Shown in pieces: positions 35,816 to 48,339 of a stretch of 64,000 nucleotides of DNA. Position numbers and translations under genes: made by a program. The stretch is from Deltaproteobacteria bacterium. GTDB lineage: Bacteria; JADJOY01. The stretch's first letter is position 1, and every line of letters starts with the position of its first letter. The DNA is taken from assembly GCA_016713535.1 (NCBI GenBank), contig JADJOY010000008.1, positions 212,580-276,579 of the forward strand. Reading direction: 5' to 3'. The notes under the pieces were generated by a model, which worked only from the letters and a program-made list of their open reading frames with translations, did not search any database and was not told the DNA's origin.

Positions 35816-37000
35816 ATGCCGTCCACCGCCCGATCGATCCGACCCACCTCGCGGGTCTCCAACCCGTGCCAGCGTCTCCCCCCCGATGCCCTCAAGCGCT
35901 TCGGCGACGAGATCGAGGCCATTCGCCGCGACGTCGAGGCGAAGCTCGGCAGCGACGACGTGCGCCACGTGAAACGCGTCGACGCGTTCTCGCGCACGAT
36001 GGAGGTGGTCGGCCGCGTCCTGATCCACGTGAGCCCGGAGCCGGTCTCGTTCGTGGCGGGCGTGACCGCGCTGTGGCTGCACAAGCAGCTCCAGGCCACC
36101 GAGGTCGGGCACACCGCGCTCCACGGCGCCTTCGACGGTCTGCCGGGCGCCGAGCGCTTCCAGTCGAAGACCTTCCGCTGGGACACGCCCATCGACGAGG
36201 AGTCGTGGGACCAGGGCCACAACAAACGTCATCACCCGTACACCAACATCGCCGGCAAGGACCCCGACATCCACTTCGGGCCGGTGCGCTTGACCGAGGA
36301 CACCCCGTTTCGCGCGCATCATCGCGGCCAGCTTCCGTTCACGCTGTTCGTGTTGTGGCCGAACTTCGGCTTCCTCATGAACCTCCACTTCAGCGGGCTC
36401 AACGACTTCTACTTCGGCAACGACCGCGGCGAGGGCGGCATGGACTTCCTGCCCGACCGTTCGTGGAAGAGCGCGGTCACCGCGCACAAGCGCGCGCTTC
36501 GGAAGTACGCCCGCCACTACGCCAAGGAGTACGTCTTCTTCCCGGCGCTCGCGGGGCCGTTCTTCTGGAAGGTGATGCTCGGCAACTGGCTCGCGGCGAC
36601 GATGCGCGACGTCTACTCGGCGATCACCATCTACTGCGGCCACGTCGGCGAGGACGTCGCGGCGTACGCGGAGGGGACGCGCCCGCGCGGCCCGGGCGCC
36701 TGGTACGCGATGCAGGTCGAGTCGGCGAACAACTTCGAGGTGAAGCTACCAATCTCGATGCTGTGCGGGGCCCTCGACCTGCAGATCGAGCACCATCTGT
36801 TCCCGCGCTTCCCGACCAACCGCCTGCGCGAGATCGCTCCGCGGGTGCGCGCCGCGTGCGAGCGCCACGGCGTGCGCTACCGCAGCGACACCTGGGGCCG
36901 CACCCTCGGCAAGGCGCTACGCCAGATCGCGCGGCTGAGCCGCCCGCGGCCGGGCGAGGCCGACGCCCCGCTCGGGGTGCCAGGCGCGGTGGCGGCATGA
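35816..37000 (+). CDS. Membrane fatty acid desaturase (acyl-CoA/acyl-lipid desaturase, DesA3-like)
   Basis: His boxes HKQLQATEVGHTALHGA, HNKRHHPYTN and EHHLFPRFP, with hydrophobic stretches. Confidence 0.85.
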   Translation: MPSTARSIRPTSRVSNPCQRLPPDALKRFGDEIEAIRRDVEAKLGSDDVRHVKRVDAFSRTMEVVGRVLIHVSPEPVSFVAGVTALWLHKQLQATEVGHTALHGAFDGLPGAERFQSKTFRWDTPIDEESWDQGHNKRHHPYTNIAGKDPDIHFGPVRLTEDTPFRAHHRGQLPFTLFVLWPNFGFLMNLHFSGLNDFYFGNDRGEGGMDFLPDRSWKSAVTAHKRALRKYARHYAKEYVFFPALAGPFFWKVMLGNWLAATMRDVYSAITIYCGHVGEDVAAYAEGTRPRGPGAWYAMQVESANNFEVKLPISMLCGALDLQIEHHLFPRFPTNRLREIAPRVRAACERHGVRYRSDTWGRTLGKALRQIARLSRPRPGEADAPLGVPGAVAA

Positions 37001-37860
37001 ACGCCGAGGCTGAGATCGACGATAATGCGGCCATGGCGAAGCCGAGAGGACGACGGGCGAGCGAGGGTGGCGGAGTCGAGGAGCAGACGTCCGCGGGTGA
37101 GGCCACCGCGGACGAGAGCGCGGTCGTCGAATACACGATCGACGAGCTCGCCGCGCACACCCGTGTGCCGAGCCGCACGATCCGCTTCTACCAGGCCAAG
37201 GGTGCTTTGCCGCGACCAACGGTGCGCGGTCGCACCGCGTATTACGGAGCGGCCCACATCGAGCGCCTCAAGCTCATCGCCGATCTCCAGGACCGCGGTC
37301 TCACGATCCGCGCGATCCGCGATCTGGTGGCCCGGATCGAGAAGGGCGACCTCGAGCTCGGCGCCTGGCTGGGCGTCGAGGAGCAGCTCTCGCGGCCGTG
37401 GGCGAACGACGCGCCGCGCTTGGTGAACGAGGACGGGCTGCGCGAGCTGGTCGGCAGCGATCGCCCGGGGCTGGTGAGCGAGCTGGTGAGGCTCGGCCTC
37501 GTGAACCGCGAGCACGGCTCGTTCCTGGTGGCGAGCACCGCGCTGCTCAAGCTCGCTCTCGACCTCGAGTCGGCGGGCGTGGATCTCGAGGTCGCGTGGA
37601 AGGCCGGCGAGCTGATCCGCAAGCACGTCGCGCGCGCCGCCCACGATGTCGTCCACTACCTGATCGAGCACGCCGGGCGCGGCTTCGGCCGCGCCGAGAC
37701 TCCCGACGACATCGGCCGCGCCATCGGCGCGATCCGCCCCAAGGCGCTCGAGGCCGCCGGGGTGATCTTCGGCCAGGAAGTGGAGCGCACCCTCACGGGC
37801 CTGATCCAGAGCGGCGAGATCGCGCGCGTCACCGCGCGCAAGCCCGGCTCGCGGAAGTAG
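36997..37860 (+). CDS. MerR-family transcriptional regulator
   Basis: The HTH YTIDELAAHTRVPSRTIRFYQAKGALP is followed by a coiled-coil and effector domain. The ATG overlaps the desaturase stop (ATGA). Confidence 0.8.
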   Translation: MNAEAEIDDNAAMAKPRGRRASEGGGVEEQTSAGEATADESAVVEYTIDELAAHTRVPSRTIRFYQAKGALPRPTVRGRTAYYGAAHIERLKLIADLQDRGLTIRAIRDLVARIEKGDLELGAWLGVEEQLSRPWANDAPRLVNEDGLRELVGSDRPGLVSELVRLGLVNREHGSFLVASTALLKLALDLESAGVDLEVAWKAGELIRKHVARAAHDVVHYLIEHAGRGFGRAETPDDIGRAIGAIRPKALEAAGVIFGQEVERTLTGLIQSGEIARVTARKPGSRK

Positions 37861-37954
37861 GGGTTTGGAGGGCACGGGGCCCTTGGCCCCTCCTCCGTCG
37901 CCGCCTTCCCCCGATCGCGGCGGCGACCGAGCGTGGCCCATGAGCGCGGATGGT

Positions 37955-38727
37955 CTATCTCGGCGCGAGGACGCGGCGCAGGAAGCGCTGGGTGAAGGGG
38001 TGCGCGGGCGCGGTGAAGACCTGGTCGGCGGCCCCTTCCTCCACCTTGCGCCCCGCCTCCAGCACCACCACCCGGTTCGCGACCTCGCGCGCGAAGCCCA
38101 TCTCGTGGGTGACCACGAGCATCGTCATGCGCTCGCGGGCGAGGTCGCGCATGACCTCGAGCACCTCGCCGACCAGCTCGGGGTCGAGGGCGGAGGTGGC
38201 CTCGTCGAAGAGCATGAGCGCCGGTTCCATGGCGAGCGCGCGGGCGATGGCGACGCGCTGCTGCTGACCGCCCGAGAGGCGTGCCGGGTACTCGTCGCGT
38301 TTCTCGGCGAGGCCGACGCGCTCGAGGAGCGCGAGCCCGCGCTCGGTCGCGGCGGGCGGGCTCTCGCCCTTCACCCGCACCGGCGCCTCGATCACGTTCT
38401 CGAGCGCGGTGAAGTGGGGAAGAGGTGAAAGCGCTGGAACACCATGCCGATCCGCGCGCGCTGCGCGTCGACCTCGCGCTCGGGTCGCGCCACCCAGCGG
38501 GTGCCGTCGTGGCGCTCGCCGATCGGCTTACCGTCGAACCACACGTGCCCGCTGGTCGGCGGTGAGAGGTGGTTGATGCAGCGAAGCAACGTCGACTTCC
38601 CCGAGCCGCTCGGGCCAATGACCGCCACCACCTCGCCGCGCGCCACGCCGAGGTCGATGCCGGCGAGCACCTCGGCCTGGCCGAAGCGCTTACCGACACC
38701 TTCGAGGCGAAGCAGCTCGTCGCTCAC
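37955..38727 (-). CDS. Polar amino-acid ABC transporter ATP-binding protein, with an apparent frameshift near 38400-38445
   Basis: The N-terminal half carries Walker A GPSGSGKST in the frame of ORF 38392..39354. The C-terminal half carries LSGGQQQRVAIARAL and Walker B in ORF 37955..38395. A GTG start with a GGAG RBS sits at 38727. Confidence 0.75.
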
Positions 38728-39399
38728 GATTCCCGTGCTCCGAGGCGCGCTTCGAGCCTGGCGGCGACGCCACTCAGGATCAGCACGATCGTCAGGTAGC
38801 CGAGCGCCGCCCAGCCGTAGACCTCCCATGGCCGGAGGTACGTCGCGGCGATGCGCTGGGTCACGTAGAGCGCCTCGCTGAGCGCGATCACCGACACCAG
38901 CGAGGTGTCCTTGGAGAGCGCCGCGAGCTCGTTCACGATCGGCGGGATCAGCCGGCGGTAGGTCTGCGGCAGGATGATCCGGCGCATGGCGAGGCGGTGG
39001 CTCATGCCCAGCGCGCGGGCGGCCTCCATCTGGCCCCGGTCGATGGACTCGATCGCGGCGCGCAGGATCTCCGCGAAATAGGCCCCCGCGTTGAGGCCGA
39101 GCGCGAGCACCCCGGCGGGGAAGGCGTCGAGGCGCACGTCGAGGAGCGGCGGCAACGCGAAGTAGACGAACAGCACCTGGAGCAAGAGCGGCGTGCCGCG
39201 GAAGAGCGCGATGTAGATCCGCGCCGCGTGGCGCAGCACCGCGAAGCGCGACATCCGCCCGAGGGCGATCAAGAGGCCGACCAGCAGCCCGGCGGCGCCG
39301 GAGAGCACCGTCAGCTCGGCGGTGAGCACGAAGCCGGCCGCGAGCCGCGGCCACACCACCTGGGTGGAGAAGGTCCAGAAGTCGGGCTGGTCGGGCATC
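38724..39399 (-). CDS. Polar amino-acid ABC transporter permease
   Basis: MPDQPDFWTFSTQVVWPRL...GAYFAEILRAAIESIDRGQMEAARALGMS carries the EAA-loop permease signature. Confidence 0.8.
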
Positions 39400-39457
39400 G
39401 AACCGAGGGCGGCGAGAACGGGTGCGCGACGAACGGGCGTGGCGGCGGCTCGAGCGA

Positions 39458-40282
39458 TCAGTGCGCGGCGGCGCCGAGCACGGTGCCGAACCACGTCTCG
39501 GAGATGCGCTGGAAGGTGCCGTCGGCCCTGGCGGCCTCGAGCGCCGCGGCGAGCGCCTGCACCAGCTCGCCGCCCGGCTTCTTGACCGCCATGCCCACCG
39601 GCTCGGGCGCCAGCGCCTGACCGGTGACCTGGAAGCTCGCCGCGTCCCGCTTGGCGTAGTAGCGCGCCACCGGCTCGTCGATGACGATCGCCTCGGCCTG
39701 TCCCGCCTTGAGCGCCTGGAACGCCTGGGTGGCGAGCTGGAACGCCTTCACGTCCTTGATCGCCACGCCGTCCGCCTTGGCCTTGAGGACCGCCTGGTGC
39801 GAGGTGGTGTCGGCCTGCACCGCGACCACCTTGCCGGCGAGGTCGGCCGTGGACTTCACGTTGCTGCCGGGCTTGGCGACGACGACCTGCGCCATCTGCA
39901 GATATTCGACGAAGTCCGCGACTGCCTTGCGCTCGGGCGTGACGTTCATGCTCGACACGATCACGTCGTAGCGGCTCGAGGTGAGGCCCGCCAGGATCCC
40001 GTCCCAGTTCATCACCACGAACTCGGCGCGCACGCCGAGCCGCCGCGCGAGGTCGGTGGCGAGGTCGACGTCGAAGCCGGTGGCCTTGCCGTCGGAGCCC
40101 TCGAACTCCATGGGCGGGTACGTCGCGTCGATCGCCACGCGCAGCACGCCGGCCTTGGCGATTCTCTCGGGCGCGCGCAGCGCGGCGGGCGTGGGATCGG
40201 CGGCGAGCGCCGGGAGCGCGGCGACCGCGAGCGTGGCGACGAGCCACGATCCGAGCGCGAGACGGAGGGCAGGACGCTTCAT
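39458..40282 (-). CDS. Amino-acid ABC transporter substrate-binding protein
   Basis: Signal peptide MKRPALRLALGSWLVATLAVAALPALA followed by a type 2 periplasmic binding fold (VLRVAIDATYPPMEF...). Confidence 0.8.
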   Translation of the reverse strand: MKRPALRLALGSWLVATLAVAALPALAADPTPAALRAPERIAKAGVLRVAIDATYPPMEFEGSDGKATGFDVDLATDLARRLGVRAEFVVMNWDGILAGLTSSRYDVIVSSMNVTPERKAVADFVEYLQMAQVVVAKPGSNVKSTADLAGKVVAVQADTTSHQAVLKAKADGVAIKDVKAFQLATQAFQALKAGQAEAIVIDEPVARYYAKRDAASFQVTGQALAPEPVGMAVKKPGGELVQALAAALEAARADGTFQRISETWFGTVLGAAAH

Positions 40283-40320
40283 GGGCGATCTCTCCGGGGC
40301 CGTGCGAGGACGCGCTGACG

Positions 40321-41238
40321 CTAGCTCCGCACGCGCCGCGGCAGCAACGCGACCCACCAGCCCACCAGCGCGGGAAGCGTGAAGCCGAGGGCCTGGAGCG
40401 AGCCGTGGACGGTCCACATGAAGTCGAGGTCGAACGCGAACCCGGGTGCCACGGTGCGCAAGCCGTAGACCAGCGCGAGCGAGGTGCCGAGCGCGAGCGC
40501 GGCGGCGGCCACACCGAAGAGCACCCGGGAGAGCCGCTGCTGCCGGCCATCGCGCGCGAGCGTCAGGTGGATCGCGCCCACCGCGAGCACGGCGCCGCCG
40601 AACGCCACCACCGCCCCGGTCTCGAGCCACGGCGTGAGCCCGGCGTGAGTCGCGGAGATCCCGATCGCGACCGCCGGCACGCCGGCGATCACGCCCGCGC
40701 ACGCGGCGTCGGCGAGCCGGCTCGGCCGCGCCCGCGCGGCGAGGCTCGCGATGATCGGCAGCGCGAAGCCGGCGTAGTGGAAGTGCGCTGCGGTGAGGAT
40801 CACCGTCGTCGTGTCGAAGCCGAACGGCGTGGCGCCGAGCCGGTCGGCGAACATCCACGCGGCGCCGATCGGCACGAAGAGCCGCGCCGCGAGCGCCGCA
40901 CGCTCGGGCCACGCCGAGCCGAGCGGGCGGCGTCGCCAGGCTTCGCGGACGGCGCCGAGTGCCACCGAGAGCGTCACGGCGAGCCAGGGCGTGGCGAGGA
41001 TGCCGGCGCCGCTTCCCGCGTCGAGCCGCGTGGAGAGCCCGAGCAGCGCCGCCGCGACGGCCACGATCTCGACACGTGGCCCCCAGACATACACGAGGGC
41101 GAGACCGAGCGGCACGATCACCAGTGCGGCGAACGCGACCAGCGCTCGCGGCCAGGCGGCGAGCTCGCCCACGCCGACGGCGCTCAGCGCGCCCCACACC
41201 AGCGCGCCGAGCGCCGCGGCGAGAGCGCCGCGCCTCAC
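40321..41238 (-). CDS. YndJ-like integral membrane protein
   Basis: Multi-TM protein with the TAAHFHYAGFALP motif. The GTG start was chosen at 41238; the upstream ORF portion is Arg/Pro-rich junk. Confidence 0.5.
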   Translation of the reverse strand: MRRGALAAALGALVWGALSAVGVGELAAWPRALVAFAALVIVPLGLALVYVWGPRVEIVAVAAALLGLSTRLDAGSGAGILATPWLAVTLSVALGAVREAWRRRPLGSAWPERAALAARLFVPIGAAWMFADRLGATPFGFDTTTVILTAAHFHYAGFALPIIASLAARARPSRLADAACAGVIAGVPAVAIGISATHAGLTPWLETGAVVAFGGAVLAVGAIHLTLARDGRQQRLSRVLFGVAAAALALGTSLALVYGLRTVAPGFAFDLDFMWTVHGSLQALGFTLPALVGWWVALLPRRVRS

Positions 41239-41828
41239 GTCCGATCGGCCACGGCCGCCGCGACCGTCGCCTGCATCGCCGCTTTCGAGTCGCGGACGAA
41301 GCGGCGCTGGAGCGCGCGGGCGATCGGGTAGCCGAGGCGGACCATCCAGTAGCGCGGCCGAGAGAAGGCACGGATGTCGTACCAGACCGAGTCGTCGGCG
41401 AGCCACTCGACGGTGAAGCGCTCCTCGCCCTTCTCGACGTGGCGCGGCAGGGTGCCGTAGGCGAAGCCGAACCGCCGGATGGGGCTCTCCTCGTCCACGA
41501 CGTAGACGATCCGGCAGGTGTTGAGCCACCACAGCCCGAGGCTGTGGGCGAGCATCGCCACCACCGTGCCGGTGGCGATCGGTGCGCCGGGCGGCTCGAT
41601 CGCGGTCCACGGCGCCGGGAACATGCGCCAGGCGCGGAGGGCGTCGCAGGCTGCGCGAAACGCCGGCTCGCCGTGGCCGAGGAGCAGGCGGTTGTGGTCG
41701 AGGTCGAAGCCGGGTGGCGCGTCGCCACCGTCGGAGCGGCCGACCTCGGCGTAGCTCACCGGGCGGGGGCTCTGGTCGCGGATCGCGGCGGCGATTCGAG
41801 CGGCGCTGGGGCGGGTGATCGACCACAT
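41235..41828 (-). CDS. DUF1990-family protein
   Basis: MWSITRPSAARIAAAIRDQSPRPVSYAEVG...WLNTCRIVYVVDE... is DUF1990-like, and this family is commonly coupled to YndJ. A 4-bp overlap with the downstream gene. Confidence 0.5.
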   Translation of the reverse strand: MWSITRPSAARIAAAIRDQSPRPVSYAEVGRSDGGDAPPGFDLDHNRLLLGHGEPAFRAACDALRAWRMFPAPWTAIEPPGAPIATGTVVAMLAHSLGLWWLNTCRIVYVVDEESPIRRFGFAYGTLPRHVEKGEERFTVEWLADDSVWYDIRAFSRPRYWMVRLGYPIARALQRRFVRDSKAAMQATVAAAVADRT

Positions 41829-41860
41829 CGGCGGGGGCTCTCGGGGCGGAACGTAACCGG

Positions 41861-41943
41861 CAACCACTGCTAGTGATCGCTAGCAGGAAATGCGATCAAT
41901 CACTAGCCAAATTTACTACCAACCGCTAGCAAGGCCGTCAATT
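41861..41943. promoter_or_regulatory. AT-richer region with an 18-bp near-palindrome TGCTAGTGATCGCTAGCA, a GCTAG..ATCACTAGC inverted repeat and a CAACCnCTAGC direct repeat
   Basis: It lies between the meaB stop and the DUF1990 start, both on the minus strand. It could be the terminator of the mutAB-meaB operon and/or an operator for the DUF1990-YndJ operon. Confidence 0.35.
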
Positions 41944-41972
41944 TCGGCGCGTTCTTGCCGCGAAAAACCCCT

Positions 41973-42979
41973 TCACACGGCCCCGTCGGGCCCCAGCAGC
42001 CGCTCCACGGCCAGCTCGGGCGCCAGCTCACCGCGCTCGACCCTCGCCTCGAGCTCCGCGAGCTGCTCCGCGACGCCCGCGCGGAGCAGGAACCGGGCGT
42101 GGAGCTGTTCGTCGAGGAGCGCGCGCATCCACTCGCGCGACTGACGGGCGCGCCGTGCCGCGAACGAGCCGCGCTCGAGGCCGTTGGCGCGGTGCGCCTC
42201 GACGGTCCGCCACAGCTCCTCGATGCCGTCGCCGGTCTTCGACGACACCGTCACCACGGGCACCTTCCAGCCGTCCTCGGCGGCGCTCAGGTATTCGAGC
42301 GCGCGCTGGTAGTCGACGCGGCTGCGGCTGGCGCGAGAGAGGTTGTCGCCGTCCGCCTTGGTGATCGCGATCAGGTCGGCGAGCTCGATGATGCCCTTCT
42401 TGATCCCCTGCAGCTCGTCACCGGCTCCGGCGAGGAGCAGCACCAGGAAGCAGTCCACCATCGAGTGGACGGTGGTCTCTGATTGGCCGACGCCGACGGT
42501 CTCGACCAGCACCACGTCGTAGCCGGCCGCCTCGCAGACCAGGATGCTCTCGCGGGTCTTGCGCGCGACACCGCCGAGGGTGCCGGCGGTGGGCGAGGGC
42601 CGGATGAACGCGGCGGCGTCGACCGAGAGCCGGCTCATGCGGGTCTTGTCGCCGAGCAGGCTGCCGCCGGTGCGGCCGCTGGTGGGATCGACGGCGAGCA
42701 CCGCGACGCGGTGGCCGGCGCCGGTGAGGCGGGTGCCGAGAGCATCGATGAGCGTGCTCTTGCCGGCGCCCGGCGGTCCGGTGATGCCGACCCGGCGCGC
42801 GCCGCCGGTGTGGCCGGAGAGCCGCTCGAGGACCTGGTGGGCGAGGCGGGTGTGGGCCGCGGCGGTGCTCTCGACCAGGGTGATCGCGCGCGCCAGCGTC
42901 ACGCGGTCGCCGGCGAGGACGCCGGCGACGTAGTCGTCGAGGGTGAGGGCCCGCTTGGTGGCCGGGCGTGCGCCGTCGC

Positions 42980-42983
<4 letters not shown>
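41973..42983 (-). CDS. meaB: Methylmalonyl-CoA mutase-associated GTPase MeaB
   Basis: P-loop [12 protein letters not shown], plus DxxG and NKAD motifs. A 4-bp overlap with mutB. Confidence 0.9.
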
Positions 42984-45141
<2,158 letters not shown>

Positions 45142-45144
<3 letters not shown>

Positions 45145-47273
45145 TGGCACGGCTCCCATGGCGCGGGCGAGGTTCGTGAGCGCGGCGACCAGGTCGGCGC
45201 CGGCGTAGAGACGAGGCAGCGCATCGATGCGGGCGCGGGTGGCCTCGTTGGTGAGGGTGCGGCCGATGAGCGCGAGCGGCGCGCCCGGCACCGCGGCGGC
45301 GACGCTCGCGACCAGCGCCGCGAGCGGCTCGGCCTCGGTGTCGTCGAGCGGCGAGAGCGCGATCGCGGCGGCGCCCCTCTCGGCCTTCGCGGCGGCGAGC
45401 GCCGCCGGTCCGGCGAGCCCCTCGCGGGTCACCACCTCGAAGCCCGCGACCTCGAGCACCTCGCGCGCGAAGCCGAGCTTGGCCTTGGCGCGCTTGCCGG
45501 TGTCGACCGCGGCGGCGAGCACCCGCGGACGGCGTCCGTCGCGGGCGAGGATCTTCTCGGAGGCGCGGCGGATGCGCTCGAAGCCTTCGGCGGCGCGCAC
45601 CGCCACGAGCGCCTCCACCTTCGGTCCGGCGAGCGCGTCGCCACGCAGCGCGGCGCGCAGCTCGCCGATCGTGGCGCCCGCGTCGGCCGCGGCGATCGCG
45701 GCGTCCACGCGCGCGGACGGCTCGCTCGCGCGCGCCACCCCGGCGAGCGCCTCGTCCCGCTTGGCGGCGTCGGCCGCGGCGCGCTGGCCGGCGAGCTCGG
45801 CGATCCGCTCCTCGCGCAGCGCCTTCAGGTCGCACGCCGGAACCGCGGGGCGCTGCTCGCCCAGGTTCGGGAACTTGGACACACCGATCAGCGGCTCGAC
45901 CCGCTTGCTCGCCGCGGCGCGCCGCTCGGCGCCGCGGGCACCCACCAGCGCCTGCGCCGCGCCACTCGCGAGCGCCGCCGCGAGCCCACCGGCCTTCTCG
46001 ATCTCCTGCAGCACGCTCCACGCGCGCGCGCGAGCGTGTCGGTGAGGCTCTCGACGAAGTACGAGCCGCCCGCGGGATCGTGGACCTTGGCGAGGTGGCT
46101 CTCGTCGCGCAGCAGCACGTGGGTGTTGCGGGCCACGCGCTGCGAGTGGCCGTCGCTCGGGCGCAGGGCGTGGTCGTAGGGCGCGACGGAGACGCTGTCC
46201 GCGCCGCCCACCACCGCCGCGAACGCTTCGACGGTGCCGCGGATCATGTTCACCCACGGATCGAACTGGGTCTCGCAGCGCCGCGACGTGCCGGCGTGGA
46301 TCGTGAGCGCGGCGGCCGCTTCCTCGCAAGCGTAGGCGGCGAGCACCTGTCCCCACACCAGCCGCGCGGCGCGCAGCTTCGCGGCCTCCAGGAACATCCG
46401 CGTGCCGACCGGGAAGGAGAGCCCGATGCGGCGCGCGGCGTCCGCCGCCGCCACGCCGCGGTCGACGAGCGCGCGCAGGTACTCGACCGCGGCGGCGATC
46501 GTGAGCCCGAGCTCCTGGTCCACCGCCGCGCCCGCGTCGTGGTAGGGGGCACCCGAGGCGATCGCGACCTTCAGGCGCGGCGCCTTCGCGCCGGCCCACC
46601 GCGCCAGCGCCGCCAGCTCCGCGTACGCCGCGTCGAGCTCGACGTGGCTGCCGCCGGTAGCGGCGAGGGCGCCGAGGGGGTCGGCGGCGATCGTGAGGCC
46701 GTCGAGCGCGGCGCCGCGCGCGTTGAGGCTCGCGATCGCCAGCGCCGCGAGCGCCAGCGGCGCCGGTCCGGTACCGACCACGAGCGCATGCTTCGTGGGG
46801 TCGAGGGGGGCCACGATCGCGGCCAGGTCGGCACGGCTCGCGAGCGACACGCCGCCGCTGCCGACCCGTCCGGCGCTCCGCGCATCGGCGGGGTCGAGCT
46901 CGGCGCGCGTGGCTTCGTCCGGGACCAGCGCGATCTCGGTGGCGCCGCCGGCGAGCTCGCTCGCGACGTGCGCCGTTGCGGCGGCGGGACGGACGTCCTC
47001 GACGTCGATGCGGACCGCCCACGGCCCGGCGTCGGCCCGAGTGCCGCGCACGTACGGCGCCGCTCCCGGGCGGCTACCGAGGTGCGGCACCGCGCTCTCG
47101 GCGTCGCGGACGTAGATGGGCCGCACCGGGATGCCGTCGAGCTGGCGGCGCCCGAGCTTCTCCTCGATCGGCTTACCGCCGAGCTCGGCGCGCGCGGCGT
47201 CGAGCCAGGCACTCTCGGTCGGCGGCGGGAACTCCTCGAACAGCGGACGCACCTCGGGAAGGGACGGGCTCAC
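45142..47273 (-). CDS. mutA: Methylmalonyl-CoA mutase small (beta) subunit, with an apparent frameshift near 46020-46045 (GC-repeat run)
   Basis: The N-terminal roughly 400 aa are coherent in ORF 45888..47273 up to ...[16 protein letters not shown]. The C-terminal roughly 300 aa are coherent in ORF 45142..47022 (...[18 protein letters not shown]...). The gene order mutA-mutB-meaB is as in mycobacteria. Confidence 0.75.
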
Positions 47274-47418
47274 GGGGTGTTTCTCCTCCGCGGCGAACCG
47301 CAGGAACGTCGGTTGGACGGCTCATAACGCGCCGTGTCGCGAAGCTAGCAGGGACCCCCAGGCGAGACAACGCGGTTCGGTGCCCCGGCGCGCCGCTGCG
47401 CTGCGGTAGTCTGCCGCC

Positions 47419-48273
47419 ATGAGCCAGCCGCCACCGAATCACGAGCAGGAACGTCACTGGAACGAGGAGGCGGGCCCGCGCTGGGTCGAGCACCGGGAGG
47501 AGCTCGACCGCCAGCTCGCACCATTCAGCGAGCGCCTGATCGAGCGGCTCGCGCCCGCGGCCGGCGAGCGCATCGTGGACGTGGGCTGCGGCTGCGGCAC
47601 CACCTCGATCGAGGTAGCGGGCCAGGTCGGAGCGCGCGGCGAGGTGCTCGGCGTCGACATCTCGAAGCCGATGCTCGACCTGGCACGGCAGCGGGGCGCC
47701 GGGATCGCAGAGCTCCGCTTCGAGCTCGCCGACGCCCAGACGTATCCCTATGCCCAGGGCCACTACGACGCCATCTGCTCGCGCTTCGGCGTGATGTTCT
47801 TCGCCGACCCGGCGCACGCGTTCGAGAACTTGGCGCGGGCGCTCGGGCCGGGTGGGCGCTTCGTGTTCCTGGCGTGGCAGGGGCGCGAGGTGAACCCGTG
47901 GTTCGCGCGGCTCATGGCGGCGGTCGCGAGCGTGATCGAGATCCCCAAGCCGCCGTCGCCCGATGCCCCGGGGCCGTTTTCGCTCGGCGCGGGCGAGCGC
48001 GTGGAGCGGCTGCTCACCGGGGCCGGGTTCGCGGCGCCGTCGATCGGTGACCTGCGCATGCCGTTTCGCTTCGGCGGCGGCGGCCGGGTGGAGGACGTGG
48101 TCGACTTCATGGTCGCGGCGGGGCCGATGGCGAAGCTGCTCGCCGACGCGCCCCCCGAGCGTGCCGCGGCGGCGCGTGAGGCGATGCACGCCGCGCTGGC
48201 GCCGTTCGCGTCGCCGGAGGGGGTGGTCGCGCCCTCGGCGTGCTGGCTCGTCGAAGCGCGAAAACCGGGCTGA
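47419..48273 (+). CDS. Class I SAM-dependent methyltransferase
   Basis: VDVGCGCGTTSIEVA...VLGVDISKPML...PGGRFVFLAW. Confidence 0.75.
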   Translation: MSQPPPNHEQERHWNEEAGPRWVEHREELDRQLAPFSERLIERLAPAAGERIVDVGCGCGTTSIEVAGQVGARGEVLGVDISKPMLDLARQRGAGIAELRFELADAQTYPYAQGHYDAICSRFGVMFFADPAHAFENLARALGPGGRFVFLAWQGREVNPWFARLMAAVASVIEIPKPPSPDAPGPFSLGAGERVERLLTGAGFAAPSIGDLRMPFRFGGGGRVEDVVDFMVAAGPMAKLLADAPPERAAAAREAMHAALAPFASPEGVVAPSACWLVEARKPG

Positions 48274-48339
48274 TCCGCGCACCGGGGAGCGGCGCGCCGT
48301 TTCCTTCTCGGGGCCCCGGGCGGCGGACATAATCGAGGC

